NCBI GenBank assembly: GCA_965116885.1
Contig: OZ220741.1
Span: 800,001-864,000, forward strand
Length of the DNA: 64,000 nt
From: Candidatus Latescibacterota bacterium
Lineage (GTDB): Bacteria > Latescibacterota > UBA2968
Direction of reading: 5' to 3'
Part shown: piece by piece, positions 29,440 to 40,151 of the stretch
Numbering within the stretch: position 1 is the stretch's first letter
Layout: every line of letters begins with the position of its first letter
Notes under the pieces: generated by a model
The model's database searches: none
Told to the model about the DNA's origin: nothing
The model's input: only the letters and a program-made list of their open reading frames with translations
Translations under genes and position numbers: made by a program

Positions 29440-31914
29440 TCAATGCGGTATTCCCAACTGATGCATCCGCCGATGAATCGCTGCACGGGCTTCGACAAAG
29501 GGACGTTCCAAATACGCGAGATGGTCCAACTCGCCATGATGGTGCGTCGCCGTGCCAGAGGCGTGTCGGGCAGCGGTTTGACGGATGTACGCCAGGTCGC
29601 CATCGATAAGCGTCAGCATATACTGGGCGGCTTCCAGATCGAACATCCACCACTCGCCACCGCAGGCGATATAAATCGGCGACGTATGGGCGAAAATCCC
29701 CCGTCCCCAGCCATCGTGATGGGGAACACTGGTATAATTGGGACCGGCACATCGGGCGGCAATCCACGTATGACCATCCACCTTCACCTTTCCCTTTAGT
29801 TCCAGTCGTCGCGCACCTTTATTATCCTCCGTCGAAGCAACAACGCGCCCTGCCTGAACGATCTCGAGCGTATGAATCGGGAAAATACTCTCTGCCCACG
29901 CCTCGACCTCCACCGTACCGGCTCCCGACAACTGCATCGTATCGCCAACCTGGTGTCCATCTGCGGTAAGATGAATGATGGGACCACCGCTGTGAAATGT
30001 TCGCCCCTGTGACACACTCTTGCACCAATTATCGTAGGTGAATTCCTCGTCGGGCAAATAGGCGTACGTGCGGTAAATACCAACGGGCACATCGCTACTC
30101 ATCTTATCCGTTCCACCAACCAGCGGCAAGCGGTAACCGCAGTTGAGATAGCGGTAGTATTCCAGATGATTGAACGGCGCATGACGCAGCATCTCCACGC
30201 CATCCACGCGCCCCGTGGCAATCAGCGCCGCAGGCTCCCCATTTGGATTCGGGAGATGCGGGATAATAACCGAGCCACCCTGCGCGTGACACTGATCCGC
30301 CCAATCGCTCATCGTAATCTCCAGCGTACCACCCAGTTCGGACTCACCCGGACCGTCACTGCACCACGGCATCACCGGCTCCTTGAGACCCCACAGGATG
30401 AGATGCCCCAAAAAGTGCTGCCTATTCTCCTGACCCACATAGACGATATTATTCCCATCTTGCGAAATACTCGGCCTGCCCGTAAAATCCTCCGTATTGG
30501 TAAAAAGATTGCCCCACTGCGACGGAAGCAAATTAACGATATTGAGATCCTCCCCCTGGGACTCCGTATGACTTCCCTGTGTCGAAAGAAAGTGAACGTG
30601 CGAATCCCCGCTATACCATCCCCCCTCGTTCATATGAATCCATCGCTTGAGACGCAAAGTCAGTTCGCGTTGACCCGGTTCGATCTTCACCCGCGTCCGC
30701 ACCGGCTCATACTCAAATCCCCGGGCGACATCCACAATAACTTCACCGCGCGGCAACCACCCCTGGCAACGACCGTCGATGTACGCATAAGTGATTTGTC
30801 CGAGCCGAAGATCGCCACCAATATCAACATGCCAGCTATCGAGGTTAGAATTGACCTGATTGTGATGCCCGTAAGGCTGATAGGGAATCCCCTCTGGCGA
30901 GCGGAAATGGACGCGGCAAGGGATAGGCTTGCCCGTATCGTCATCGAGCACAGTGACGTGAACCCAGTTCCGTCCCCGATCCAGGAGTTCCACACGCATG
31001 CGCGGGGTCTCGACCACCTTCTTCTCCTCCACATCACCCCACTTGACCTCGCCCACCTTTTCCTCGCCCTGCTTCACCGTCATCGTAGCCGAAGGCGTGG
31101 CAGCGACCTCGACATAAGCCGGACTCGATTTGGGATTCTGCGCCTCTCCCCAACCGGCGAAATCATCATTGACAAAATCATCGGCAGACGCTTCGGGCAA
31201 GGGATGCACATAAGTTGCCGTCCCCCGATCCACCTCTACGTTGAGATCAAACGGTTTTTCCGCATCTTCGGGATGGGTCAGAATCAGACGCGCTTCCCGC
31301 TTCCCGTGTCGCACAAAAGGATACTCATCCAGATGCGAAAGCGTAACACCCGCGATAATAAAACGCGGACCGCCCGGGATAATCTCCAGCGACTCGACTA
31401 CGCGATCCGGCAAAGGATTCTCCCACGCCCACAGAAAATAACCGCGGGCCGACCCGCGCGACACCTCGGTCTGACGTCGCCCCATACTCTCCCATTTCCC
31501 TTCATAACGCGGCATCAACTGGTCGTTCTGGTCCGAAAATGCGACAAAAGGCGCGCCGCCGCTGGATAAATGTGCAATCTCAAATCGCTCGCGGATGGGA
31601 ATGCGGAATTCTTCACCCTCCGCCATCCGAAACAAATAATCCGCCACAGTCTCCCCCAACGGACCGCCCTCCATCAGATCGGAATCCAACAGGCGATGAG
31701 CAATAATCACGCGGCGTGCCGACGCATTGATCGGAATCGTCACGCGACCAGAAGCCTCATCCAGCGCGATAAAACAATTCGAACCGTCGTCGTTTACCAA
31801 AAATGGCAGACCGCGGAAGGATTGTTTGCCTATAGGAGCCTTCGCATTTGCGCCCAGAACTTCCAGTCCCGCACTGCACAACGCCGACAAATCGAGAGGT
31901 TGATAGTCTGCCAT
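29440..31914 (-). CDS. CehA/McbA-family metallohydrolase (PHP-like)
   Basis: GWYSGDSHVH, GQENRQHFLGH, YYRYLNCGYRLPLVGGTD, AHTSPIY. Confidence 0.7.
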   Translation of the reverse strand: MADYQPLDLSALCSAGLEVLGANAKAPIGKQSFRGLPFLVNDDGSNCFIALDEASGRVTIPINASARRVIIAHRLLDSDLMEGGPLGETVADYLFRMAEGEEFRIPIRERFEIAHLSSGGAPFVAFSDQNDQLMPRYEGKWESMGRRQTEVSRGSARGYFLWAWENPLPDRVVESLEIIPGGPRFIIAGVTLSHLDEYPFVRHGKREARLILTHPEDAEKPFDLNVEVDRGTATYVHPLPEASADDFVNDDFAGWGEAQNPKSSPAYVEVAATPSATMTVKQGEEKVGEVKWGDVEEKKVVETPRMRVELLDRGRNWVHVTVLDDDTGKPIPCRVHFRSPEGIPYQPYGHHNQVNSNLDSWHVDIGGDLRLGQITYAYIDGRCQGWLPRGEVIVDVARGFEYEPVRTRVKIEPGQRELTLRLKRWIHMNEGGWYSGDSHVHFLSTQGSHTESQGEDLNIVNLLPSQWGNLFTNTEDFTGRPSISQDGNNIVYVGQENRQHFLGHLILWGLKEPVMPWCSDGPGESELGGTLEITMSDWADQCHAQGGSVIIPHLPNPNGEPAALIATGRVDGVEMLRHAPFNHLEYYRYLNCGYRLPLVGGTDKMSSDVPVGIYRTYAYLPDEEFTYDNWCKSVSQGRTFHSGGPIIHLTADGHQVGDTMQLSGAGTVEVEAWAESIFPIHTLEIVQAGRVVASTEDNKGARRLELKGKVKVDGHTWIAARCAGPNYTSVPHHDGWGRGIFAHTSPIYIACGGEWWMFDLEAAQYMLTLIDGDLAYIRQTAARHASGTATHHHGELDHLAYLERPFVEARAAIHRRMHQLGIPH

Positions 31915-31947
31915 AACAGGTATCCTTTCTTTATAGGTGTCTATATC

Positions 31948-33636
31948 TCACAAAAAATCCAAATCTGCGCCGAGGTGAGCGGGCAAAACGCATTTGGCAT
32001 ACAGATGTCGCCATCCGCGCTCGGGAATTGGCAAAGGAACAAAAGCCTCGCGGCGACGCGCAAGCTCTGCCTCATCGACCAGCAAATCAATGCGGCGCTC
32101 TTTTGCATTCAACGCCACCATATCGCCATCGCGCACAAAAGCAAGCGGTCCCCCTGTCGCCGCCTCGGGAGAACAGTGCAACACCACCGTACCATAAGAC
32201 GTCCCACTCATACGCGCATCGGAAATCCGCACCATATCTTTGACCCCTCTTTGCGCCAGATATTTGGGAATGGGAAGAGACCCCGCCTCTGGAAACCCAT
32301 CCCCCACAGGACCGGCATTTCGCAAAATCATCACATGATCGGGCGTAATATTGAGAGACGGGTCATCAATCCGCGCAGATGCATCCTCAGCAGAATCAAA
32401 AACAACCGCGGGACCCCGGTGCGCGAGCAATTCCGGAGACGCCGCAGCAACCTTCAGCACAGCCCCGTCCGGCGCCAGATTGCCGCGAACCACAATCAGC
32501 GCGCCCGTAGCACCAAGAGGATCGTCCAGCGTGCGAATAGTACTTTGCCACGGTTGAGGAGGTTGAACCGTCTCCAAATAATCGCCCAGCGTCTGCCCCG
32601 TAATCGTCGGCACAGAACAATCCAGCAAAGACGCCAGCGCCTTGAGCAACGCGGGAACACCGCCCGCATCGTGAAAATCCTCCATATAACCCACACCTGC
32701 GGGCTTGCAATCCACCAGCAGTGGCACATGTTGCGACACATCGTGCATATCTTCCAGAGTCAGCCGAGTCCCCGCCCGCCGTGCAATAGCCAGAAGATGC
32801 ACAATCGCATTCGTAGAACCACCCAGCGCGTGGAGCACTGCAAGCGCATTGAGAAAAGACCCCCGCGTGAGCAATTGCGCAGGACGCCGTTCTGCGCGAG
32901 CTATCGCAACAGCCATGCGTCCAGACCGCACGCCCACGCGCAAGCGATCTCCCGTACCCGAAAGCGGAGTCGCCCCGCCAGAAACCATCAAACCCAGCGT
33001 CTCCACCACACTCGCCATCGTCGAAGCAGTCCCCATAACCATACACGTCCCCGGCGTACTGCAAAGCGACTGCGTCACACCTTCGATCTGCCAATCGCTC
33101 AGTTCCCCAGCACGATATTGCGCCCAATAGCGGCGACAATCTGTACACGCACCCAACCTCTCACCCTGCCACGAACCCGTTCGCATCGCACCAGACACCA
33201 CCTGAACAGCGGGAATATTAGCCGAAGCAGCCGCCATCAATTGCGCCGGCACAGTCTTATCGCACCCCCCCATCAGCACCACAGCATCCATAGGTTGCGC
33301 CCTGATCAGTTCCTCGGTCTCCATAGACAGCAAATTCCGAAAAAGCATCGTCGTAGGCGAAAAGAAAATTTCATTCAGCGAAATCGTGGGAAACACAAAC
33401 GGCAGGCCGCCGCCTTCGAAAACCCCGCGTTTGACCGCCTCGATCAAATCCGGCATATGCCCGTGGCAGGGGTTATAATCAGAAGCTGTCGATGCAATCC
33501 CAATAACGGGACGATCCACATCCTCACCATCATATCCCGCAGCCGCGAGAAACGCCCTGCGAATATACTTGCTAAATTCCGGATCGCCGTAGCTCGTCAA
33601 ATTCCGGTTAATACCGGTGTCTGTCGATTGGGTCAT
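31948..33636 (-). CDS. IlvD/Edd-family dihydroxy-acid / sugar-acid dehydratase
   Basis: YNPCH, GGCDKTVPA, CMVMGTASTM, GGSTNA, SDARMSGT. Confidence 0.9.
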   Translation of the reverse strand: MTQSTDTGINRNLTSYGDPEFSKYIRRAFLAAAGYDGEDVDRPVIGIASTASDYNPCHGHMPDLIEAVKRGVFEGGGLPFVFPTISLNEIFFSPTTMLFRNLLSMETEELIRAQPMDAVVLMGGCDKTVPAQLMAAASANIPAVQVVSGAMRTGSWQGERLGACTDCRRYWAQYRAGELSDWQIEGVTQSLCSTPGTCMVMGTASTMASVVETLGLMVSGGATPLSGTGDRLRVGVRSGRMAVAIARAERRPAQLLTRGSFLNALAVLHALGGSTNAIVHLLAIARRAGTRLTLEDMHDVSQHVPLLVDCKPAGVGYMEDFHDAGGVPALLKALASLLDCSVPTITGQTLGDYLETVQPPQPWQSTIRTLDDPLGATGALIVVRGNLAPDGAVLKVAAASPELLAHRGPAVVFDSAEDASARIDDPSLNITPDHVMILRNAGPVGDGFPEAGSLPIPKYLAQRGVKDMVRISDARMSGTSYGTVVLHCSPEAATGGPLAFVRDGDMVALNAKERRIDLLVDEAELARRREAFVPLPIPERGWRHLYAKCVLPAHLGADLDFL

Positions 33637-35474
33637 GATGTCACCGCTTCCAGCGCGCACGCCGCTGAATCGAGCATCCCATTGACAATCTCCTCGGCGA
33701 ACTGATCGACATTTTCGCGCGTCTGCTCCAAATCATCCCCAGCCAGATCTGCGCGATCAGCCGAAGCCGCCGACACGTAATACTTGATCTTCGGTTCTGT
33801 GCCAGAAGGCCGAGCTGTTACCCGCGTGTACCCTTTCTCCGACAAAGTAAACGCGAGAACATTGCCTGTACTCCCCTCAATTGTGCGCGTATTCCCCGTC
33901 TGAACATTGTACACAGTATTCGTCTGGCGATCAATAACCTCAACCACCTTGTACCCGCCAATTGCAACAGGTGGATCCCGGCGCAGACCATTCATAATTT
34001 GGGCAATCTCCTCATTGCCCCGCGCGCCTTCTCGATACGTCGATCTCTGCACCTCGCAAAAATAACCGAACATGCGATAAATATCATCCAGATAATCCCG
34101 CAGCGTGCGACCTTGCCTCTTGAGTTTAGCCGCGCACTCCGCGATCAAAACCGCTGCAACAGCCGCATCCTTATCGCGCACAAAATCCGTAAACAAATAA
34201 CCGTGGCTCTCTTCCGTCCCAAACACAAAAGTCTCATCTTCTGCCAGACTATTGATCACATCGCCAATATATTTAAACCCAACGAGCAGATTGTCAACAG
34301 GCATCAAACCAAAATGCCTGGCAATAAGACTGATGAGATCTGTCGTAACAATCGTCTTACACACAATTCCCCTATTGGGCAATTTATCCTGCTCCCTGAG
34401 CGAAGTCAAAATATAATAACACAAAACAGCACCGATCTGATTGCCATTAATCGCGAGACCATCGGGAGCGGCATCCCAACCCTTCTGCGGATCGGGCAGC
34501 GCACACCCCAGACGATCGGCATCTGGATCGCTCGCCAGAACAACATCAGCCCGAACCTGTCTCGCCTCTTCAATAGCCAGAGCAAGCGCGCCCGGATCTT
34601 CGGGATTTGCCACACCCCTTGCCACCGTCGGAAAATTGCCATCCGGAACATCTTGCGCCTCCACCAGATGGAGAGAATACCCCAGATTCTGAAGCGCGGG
34701 CACAACACTCGTTGCACCAACGCCGTGTAGCGGCGTATATACAACACTTATATCGCGGGCATCGCAAAGGGAAAGATTCGCCAGACTTTTGACATATTGC
34801 GCGTCGAGCTTCTCATCGAGCACCTCAATCAGCCCCCGTTCCACCCCCTCCTCATAGCCAATTCTATTGAGGCTCTTAACACCACCAACCTCGGCAATAA
34901 TATTCTTATCGTGTGGCGGAACAACCTGCCCGCCATCTATCCAGTACGCCTTAAAACCATTATCCGAAGGCGGATTGTGACTCGCGCTAATAACCACCCC
35001 TGCAACAGCACCCACCTTGCGAAGCGCAAAAGAAAGATGAGGCGTTGCGCGAGGACCGTCAAACAGACGCGCAACAATACCATTGCCCGCAATAATCGAA
35101 GCCGTCTCCCGCGCAAAAACATCCGAATTATTGCGCGTATCATACGCGATCACCACACCCTTATCTCTAACATCTTCAATACCCGACTTGAGAATATACT
35201 GCGCCAAACCCTGTGCGGCTTCTCCAATCGTCCTCAAATTAATCCGATTGGGACCCGGCCCCATCTTGCCCCGAATACCCCCCGTACCAAACTCAATATG
35301 GGTGCGAAAAGCATCCTCAATCTCGTCCATATCTCCATCTTCAATAAACAATTGAATCTCCGGCACAAAATCGGCAAATTCCGGATCAATAAGCCATTGT
35401 GAAACGGCTCGAAATGCCGCGGCAGAAAGCCTGTTCTCCGCTGCCCAGTCTTTGATCTGCTGGTGTATCGTCAT
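33633..35474 (-). CDS. Phosphoglucomutase/phosphomannomutase
   Basis: FGTGGIRG, SASHNPP, DPDADR, EESHG, RPSGTEPKIKYY. Confidence 0.92.
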   Translation of the reverse strand: MTIHQQIKDWAAENRLSAAAFRAVSQWLIDPEFADFVPEIQLFIEDGDMDEIEDAFRTHIEFGTGGIRGKMGPGPNRINLRTIGEAAQGLAQYILKSGIEDVRDKGVVIAYDTRNNSDVFARETASIIAGNGIVARLFDGPRATPHLSFALRKVGAVAGVVISASHNPPSDNGFKAYWIDGGQVVPPHDKNIIAEVGGVKSLNRIGYEEGVERGLIEVLDEKLDAQYVKSLANLSLCDARDISVVYTPLHGVGATSVVPALQNLGYSLHLVEAQDVPDGNFPTVARGVANPEDPGALALAIEEARQVRADVVLASDPDADRLGCALPDPQKGWDAAPDGLAINGNQIGAVLCYYILTSLREQDKLPNRGIVCKTIVTTDLISLIARHFGLMPVDNLLVGFKYIGDVINSLAEDETFVFGTEESHGYLFTDFVRDKDAAVAAVLIAECAAKLKRQGRTLRDYLDDIYRMFGYFCEVQRSTYREGARGNEEIAQIMNGLRRDPPVAIGGYKVVEVIDRQTNTVYNVQTGNTRTIEGSTGNVLAFTLSEKGYTRVTARPSGTEPKIKYYVSAASADRADLAGDDLEQTRENVDQFAEEIVNGMLDSAACALEAVTS

Positions 35475-35593
35475 AAATACTCCTGTCCATCGCGTTTACA
35501 TAACTATCTATTGCCAAATATTGCAATCTACACGCCACTGTGTCAAGTGCATAGGCAAAACTACTTGACTTTAACCCTCATTTATGCCCTATT

Positions 35594-36373
35594 TTGAAAA
35601 TGCTCACAACAATCCTCATCGCCATTGGCCTTGTGCTGGGTATTCCCCTGGCTATTATAGCACTTTTCTTATGCCTGCCAATCCGCATACGTGCAACGGG
35701 ATACTACCGCGAAAACGACTATAGTATATCCGGTTTTGCGCGCGGTTGTGCCGGGCTATGTGGTATTATCTGCGACATCGACAAAAAGGGGATACAACTA
35801 CGCGTCGTTATCGGACGCTGGACCGCGTGGCGACCCCGAGAAAAACCGCCATCATCAGAGCCGACAACAGAATCCGAAAGAGATACCGCCACTGAACCAC
35901 AACGGGACAGACCAGAATCATATCCGACAACAAAACCCTCCTATTGGTCGCGTTTGCAAACCCTGCGCGCAAAAACAAAACAATACCTGAACTACGCCGC
36001 GGATGCGCGTCCTATTCTGACGCGATTTATGAAACGGTTGCTGAAAACAATATCACTTCAACACGCGGAATTGAATCTGGAGTTAGGAACAGACGATCCC
36101 GCCTTCACCGGACGTCTATTTGGATATATCGAAGCGACCAAATGCATCTTTGGCAAACGCATCCACATCTCAATCACCCCTGATTTTTTGCAACCGCGCT
36201 TTGCCGGATCGGGATCCTTGAAACTCTCCATTTATCTTCACCGTTTGATATTCGCCGCACTCGCCCTGATCCTGCGCGGCGGACTCATGCGCGCAAAAAT
36301 CTGGTGGACAAAACGCAAAAACAGGCGCAAAGCAGGGACGGCACAGGGGCCGTCCCCTACGATGATATTGTGA
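35594..36373 (+). CDS. DUF2953/YtfI-like membrane-anchored protein
   Basis: N-terminal TM, GTDDPAFTG and ITPDF motifs, precedes ytfJ. Confidence 0.6.
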   Translation: MKMLTTILIAIGLVLGIPLAIIALFLCLPIRIRATGYYRENDYSISGFARGCAGLCGIICDIDKKGIQLRVVIGRWTAWRPREKPPSSEPTTESERDTATEPQRDRPESYPTTKPSYWSRLQTLRAKTKQYLNYAADARPILTRFMKRLLKTISLQHAELNLELGTDDPAFTGRLFGYIEATKCIFGKRIHISITPDFLQPRFAGSGSLKLSIYLHRLIFAALALILRGGLMRAKIWWTKRKNRRKAGTAQGPSPTMIL

Positions 36374-36441
36374 TTTTTGTAGGGGCGACCCCCCTGTGGT
36401 CGCCCGCTGACTGCTGGGACGGCACAGGGGCCGTCCCCTAC
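36335..36441. repeat. REP cluster (three GTAG-type palindromes in alternating orientation)
   Basis: 36335-36360, 36379-36405 (GTAGGGGCGACCCCCCTGTGGTCGCCC), 36416-36441. Confidence 0.85.
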
Positions 36442-36477
36442 GGCTAATTATCGCGACTTTATTTATTGGGAGGAAAC

Positions 36478-36867
36478 ATGGCCATCGAAGACATGGTGCG
36501 AACGATGTTAAATGAACTGCGTGAAATCGTAAAAACCGAAACCGTAGTAGGCGAGCCTGTAATTGCGGGCGACATCACCATCATCCCCGTATCCAAAATA
36601 TCCTTTGGATTTGGTGCAGGAGGAGGACAGGGAAAAAAAGACGACGGAAGCAGTGGCACGGGTGGAGGCGGCTCTGTGCAACCCGTGGCATTCATCGTCA
36701 TACAAAAAGGCAAAGCACAGCTTCTGCCCATAGAAGACAAAAGCATGTCCATCGCCGACCTGCTCAAATACGCGCCCGATGTACTTGAAAAAATTAAAGC
36801 ATTTAAGGACAAGCGAAAACAGAAGAAAGATGACGAGGAAGCCGACAGCGAAAAAGAAAAAAAATAA
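36478..36867 (+). CDS. ytfJ: YtfJ/GerW-family protein
   Basis: TVVGEP, IIPVSKISFGFGAGG, GGGGSVQPVAFIVI. Confidence 0.85.
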   Translation: MAIEDMVRTMLNELREIVKTETVVGEPVIAGDITIIPVSKISFGFGAGGGQGKKDDGSSGTGGGGSVQPVAFIVIQKGKAQLLPIEDKSMSIADLLKYAPDVLEKIKAFKDKRKQKKDDEEADSEKEKK

Positions 36868-36873
36868 AATAAT

Positions 36874-38967
36874 ATGCTCTCAAACTTAAACCAACCCTTG
36901 CGAACTCTGCCGGGTATTGGGCTAAAACGCGAAAAAGTATTGGAAAACGCAGGCATCGCCACCGTGGGCGATCTCCTATTGTATTTGCCCTATCGGTACA
37001 TAGATCGCTCTACCGAAGTCGGCATCGCACACCTGCCGCTGGATCGAGAAGTCACCGCAGTAGGCGAAATCGTGAGCATGCAGACAATCCCCGGCAAGCG
37101 TCGGCGATTCGTCATGACAGTCGAAGACCAGACCGGATCGGTCGCCTGTACGTGGTTCGGAGGCATTCAATACCTCAAAAATTCATATCGCGCGGGCGAC
37201 ATCGTAGCACTCGGAGGCAAATTGACGCGGTTTGGGCGCACATTGCAAATGGTACACCCCGAAATAGAAGTTCTCGCAAACGAAGACGACGACAATCAGC
37301 GGCTGCATACCGGACGCATCATCCCGCTGTATTCCACCACATCAAAAATGAAAGCAGACCGCCTCACAGCCCGCGCACTTCGCCGTCTCTTATTCGCCGC
37401 GCTACAAGCTATTGGAGATCAAATCGAAGACCCATTGGACGAAAACATACGCAAACGCTGTGGCCTGATGCGCCTGCGAGACGCAATTGAAAAAATCCAT
37501 TTCCCAGACACAACAACGGACATAGACACTGCGCGGCAGCGCCTATCTTTCGACGAGATCTTCTACATCCAGCTCTATCTGGGACACGCAAAAAAGCTGC
37601 GCCAGCGCACACCCGGACGCGTACTGGCATCCAGTGGCCCCCTGACGCAACAACTCGTGGCGAATCTACCCTTCAAACTAACGCATGCACAAACGCACGC
37701 TATAGCAGAAATCGGCCATGACCTGCAGCGACCCGTAGCCATGCACCGCCTGTTACAGGGCGACGTGGGATCTGGCAAAACCCTGGTCGCCCTTCACGCC
37801 ATGTTGTGTGCCGCAGACAGCGGCGCGCAAGCCGCCTTAATGGCACCCACAGAGATCCTCGCCGAGCAGCACGCCCATACCATTCGAGAACTCGTCGCCC
37901 CACTGGGCTTAGAAATAGCATTGGTAACAGGACGCATGCGAAAAGCGCAACGCACCAAAATACTGGACGGATTGCATTCTGGAAAAATAAAAATAGCAGT
38001 CGGCACACATGCCCTATTGCAAAACGACATCGCATTTGCCGACCTCGCACTCATCGTCGTCGATGAGCAACATCGCTTTGGCGTGGTCCAGCGCGCCATG
38101 CTGCGCGAAAAAGGCAACGCGCCCCATCTTCTGGTCATGACCGCCACCCCCATACCCAGATCCCTATCGCTGACCCTGTACGGCGACCTGGATGTCACCA
38201 TCATCGACGCCCTGCCGCCTGGTCGCATCCCTGTACGCACGGGATGGCGTTATGCACAGGACCGCGCTCGCGCACTGCAATTTCTGCGCAGCGAACTGCA
38301 ACAAGGACATCAGGCATATATCGTCTATCCACTCGTCTCCGAATCCGAAAAAAGCGACCTGCAAGCCGCCACCGCCGCCTTTGAAGACCTGCAAAAAGGC
38401 GCACTCTCCAACTCCCGGTTGGGCTTGCTTCACGGACGGCTAAAACGCGACGAAAAAGAAACCACAATGTCTGCCTTCAGGCGCGGCGATCTGGATGCGC
38501 TGGTCACGACAACAGTCATAGAAGTCGGCGTCGATGTTCCCAATGCCACAGTCATGATGGTCGAACACGCCGAGCGCTTTGGACTATCGCAATTGCACCA
38601 ATTGCGCGGGCGCGTGGGCCGCGGTCAACATCAATCCTACTGTATTTTAATCGCAGACCCCCAGGAAGGGCTATCGGATGACGCACATGAACGCCTCGAC
38701 GCCATGGCGCGAACAACGGACGGATTCGAAATCTCAGAAGCCGACTTGTGCATCCGGGGACCCGGACATATTTTTGGCACCCAACAAGCCGGCTTCCCCA
38801 AATTCCACTTTGCCGACCTCGTACGCGACGGCGCCTTAATCACCGCCGCGCGTAGAGAAGTACAGACACTCCTGGACCACGACCCTAATTTGACCGCGCA
38901 CACTGTTTTGAGACGAGAATTGGACGCAACCGCACTTCACGACATGCAAATTGTGGAAGCGGGGTGA
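36874..38967 (+). CDS. recG: ATP-dependent DNA helicase RecG
   Basis: RLLQGDVGSGKT, DEQHRFG, MTATPIPRSL, QLHQLRGRVGR. Confidence 0.96.
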   Translation: MLSNLNQPLRTLPGIGLKREKVLENAGIATVGDLLLYLPYRYIDRSTEVGIAHLPLDREVTAVGEIVSMQTIPGKRRRFVMTVEDQTGSVACTWFGGIQYLKNSYRAGDIVALGGKLTRFGRTLQMVHPEIEVLANEDDDNQRLHTGRIIPLYSTTSKMKADRLTARALRRLLFAALQAIGDQIEDPLDENIRKRCGLMRLRDAIEKIHFPDTTTDIDTARQRLSFDEIFYIQLYLGHAKKLRQRTPGRVLASSGPLTQQLVANLPFKLTHAQTHAIAEIGHDLQRPVAMHRLLQGDVGSGKTLVALHAMLCAADSGAQAALMAPTEILAEQHAHTIRELVAPLGLEIALVTGRMRKAQRTKILDGLHSGKIKIAVGTHALLQNDIAFADLALIVVDEQHRFGVVQRAMLREKGNAPHLLVMTATPIPRSLSLTLYGDLDVTIIDALPPGRIPVRTGWRYAQDRARALQFLRSELQQGHQAYIVYPLVSESEKSDLQAATAAFEDLQKGALSNSRLGLLHGRLKRDEKETTMSAFRRGDLDALVTTTVIEVGVDVPNATVMMVEHAERFGLSQLHQLRGRVGRGQHQSYCILIADPQEGLSDDAHERLDAMARTTDGFEISEADLCIRGPGHIFGTQQAGFPKFHFADLVRDGALITAARREVQTLLDHDPNLTAHTVLRRELDATALHDMQIVEAG

Positions 38968-38973
38968 CTGACC

Positions 38974-39045
38974 GGGACGGCACAGGGGCCGTCCCCTACG
39001 GAGGATTGTTACATGTGTTGTAGGGGCGACCCCCTGTGGTCGCCC
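38974..39045. repeat. Inverted REP pair (REPIN-like)
   Basis: 38974-38999 and 39020-39045, same two REP types as at 36335-36405. Confidence 0.85.
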
Positions 39046-39060
39046 GCTGACCGCTAATAG

Positions 39061-39089
39061 TTGACACCCCTATTGTATTATGGTAGATT
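39061..39089 (+). promoter_or_regulatory. Sigma-70 promoter for the pfkB-hflKC region
   Basis: TTGACA-17 nt-TAGATT. Confidence 0.55.
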
Positions 39090-39140
39090 GATTTGGTTTC
39101 ATCTGCGGATGATCTTTTTCACCATTACCGGAACTGACTG

Positions 39141-40151
39141 ATGAATCATAAGCTGCGCATTGCGTTGCTTGGCACGATTAACCGCGACACGATTTACACC
39201 GCCGATGGCGTGACAACCGAAAGCTACGGCGGTTTGTTGTACAGCATCCTGGCACTGGCCGAGATCGCGTCTTCTCAAGTGGCGATTTATCCCGTCTGCA
39301 ATATAGGCGCAGACATGGAAACCGTGGTGCGAAAAAAACTCGCGCCATACCCACACGTCAAATTCGACGGCATCCGATTTGTATCGGGCAAAAATCCCCA
39401 CTGCTTTTTGGATTACGACGCAAACGGACGCAAACGCGAAACCCTGCACAATGACGTCCCGCAAATCTCTTTTTCACAAATTGAACCGTTCTTAGACTGC
39501 GACGCGATATGCTTTAATTTCATCACCGGAATGGAACTCGCCCTCGAAACCGCACAGCGCGTGCGTCGTTTCGCCACCGGTTTGCTATTGATGGATGTCC
39601 ACAGCTTAACCCTGGGCATGGATGAACAACGCCGCCGATTCTGGCGCGTGCCTCCGCAGTGGAAAAAATGGATGGGATGCGTAGATGTCGTACAAATGAA
39701 TGAGCAAGAAGGCGCTCTGCTCGCTGGCGAAACACTCGAGAGCAAAGATGCAACACGTCGTTTGGCAAAACAAGTATTGTGCGCGGGACCTTCGGTCTTG
39801 ATGATCACGCGCAGCAATCGCGGTTCTGAGACAATTTTTCAAAATGACCGCTCAGATATTGTAATCGACAAATTCGATCCCGCGCCCATAGCCGAACCCT
39901 GCGATGAAACCGGATGTGGCGACACCTTTTTAATGGGATATACCTGGGCCTTCTTGCAAACGGGCAATCGCGCATTTGCCAGTCGTTTTGCCAATCGGGT
40001 GGCGGGTATCAACGTGTGTTTGCGCGGCATTGAAGGCATAGCAAAAATAAGCCAATTCTTAAACCCCGAAGACCTGCCCGTGCAGGACACTCAGACAGGT
40101 CAACCTGCCGTATTAAACGGCATTCTCCCCGGTCCTGAAAGGAGGGCCTGA
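39141..40151 (+). CDS. PfkB-family carbohydrate kinase
   Basis: MNEQE, DETGCGDTF signature. Confidence 0.75.
   Translation: MNHKLRIALLGTINRDTIYTADGVTTESYGGLLYSILALAEIASSQVAIYPVCNIGADMETVVRKKLAPYPHVKFDGIRFVSGKNPHCFLDYDANGRKRETLHNDVPQISFSQIEPFLDCDAICFNFITGMELALETAQRVRRFATGLLLMDVHSLTLGMDEQRRRFWRVPPQWKKWMGCVDVVQMNEQEGALLAGETLESKDATRRLAKQVLCAGPSVLMITRSNRGSETIFQNDRSDIVIDKFDPAPIAEPCDETGCGDTFLMGYTWAFLQTGNRAFASRFANRVAGINVCLRGIEGIAKISQFLNPEDLPVQDTQTGQPAVLNGILPGPERRA

Noticed and set aside
30166..33705. Long plus-strand ORFs (467 aa and 711 aa)
   Set aside because: Antisense shadows of the hydrolase and IlvD-family genes; Arg/His-rich with no recognisable motifs.
35594..36867. ytfI/ytfJ as evidence of sporulation
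   Set aside because: The family occurs in non-sporulating taxa and no other sporulation genes are present.
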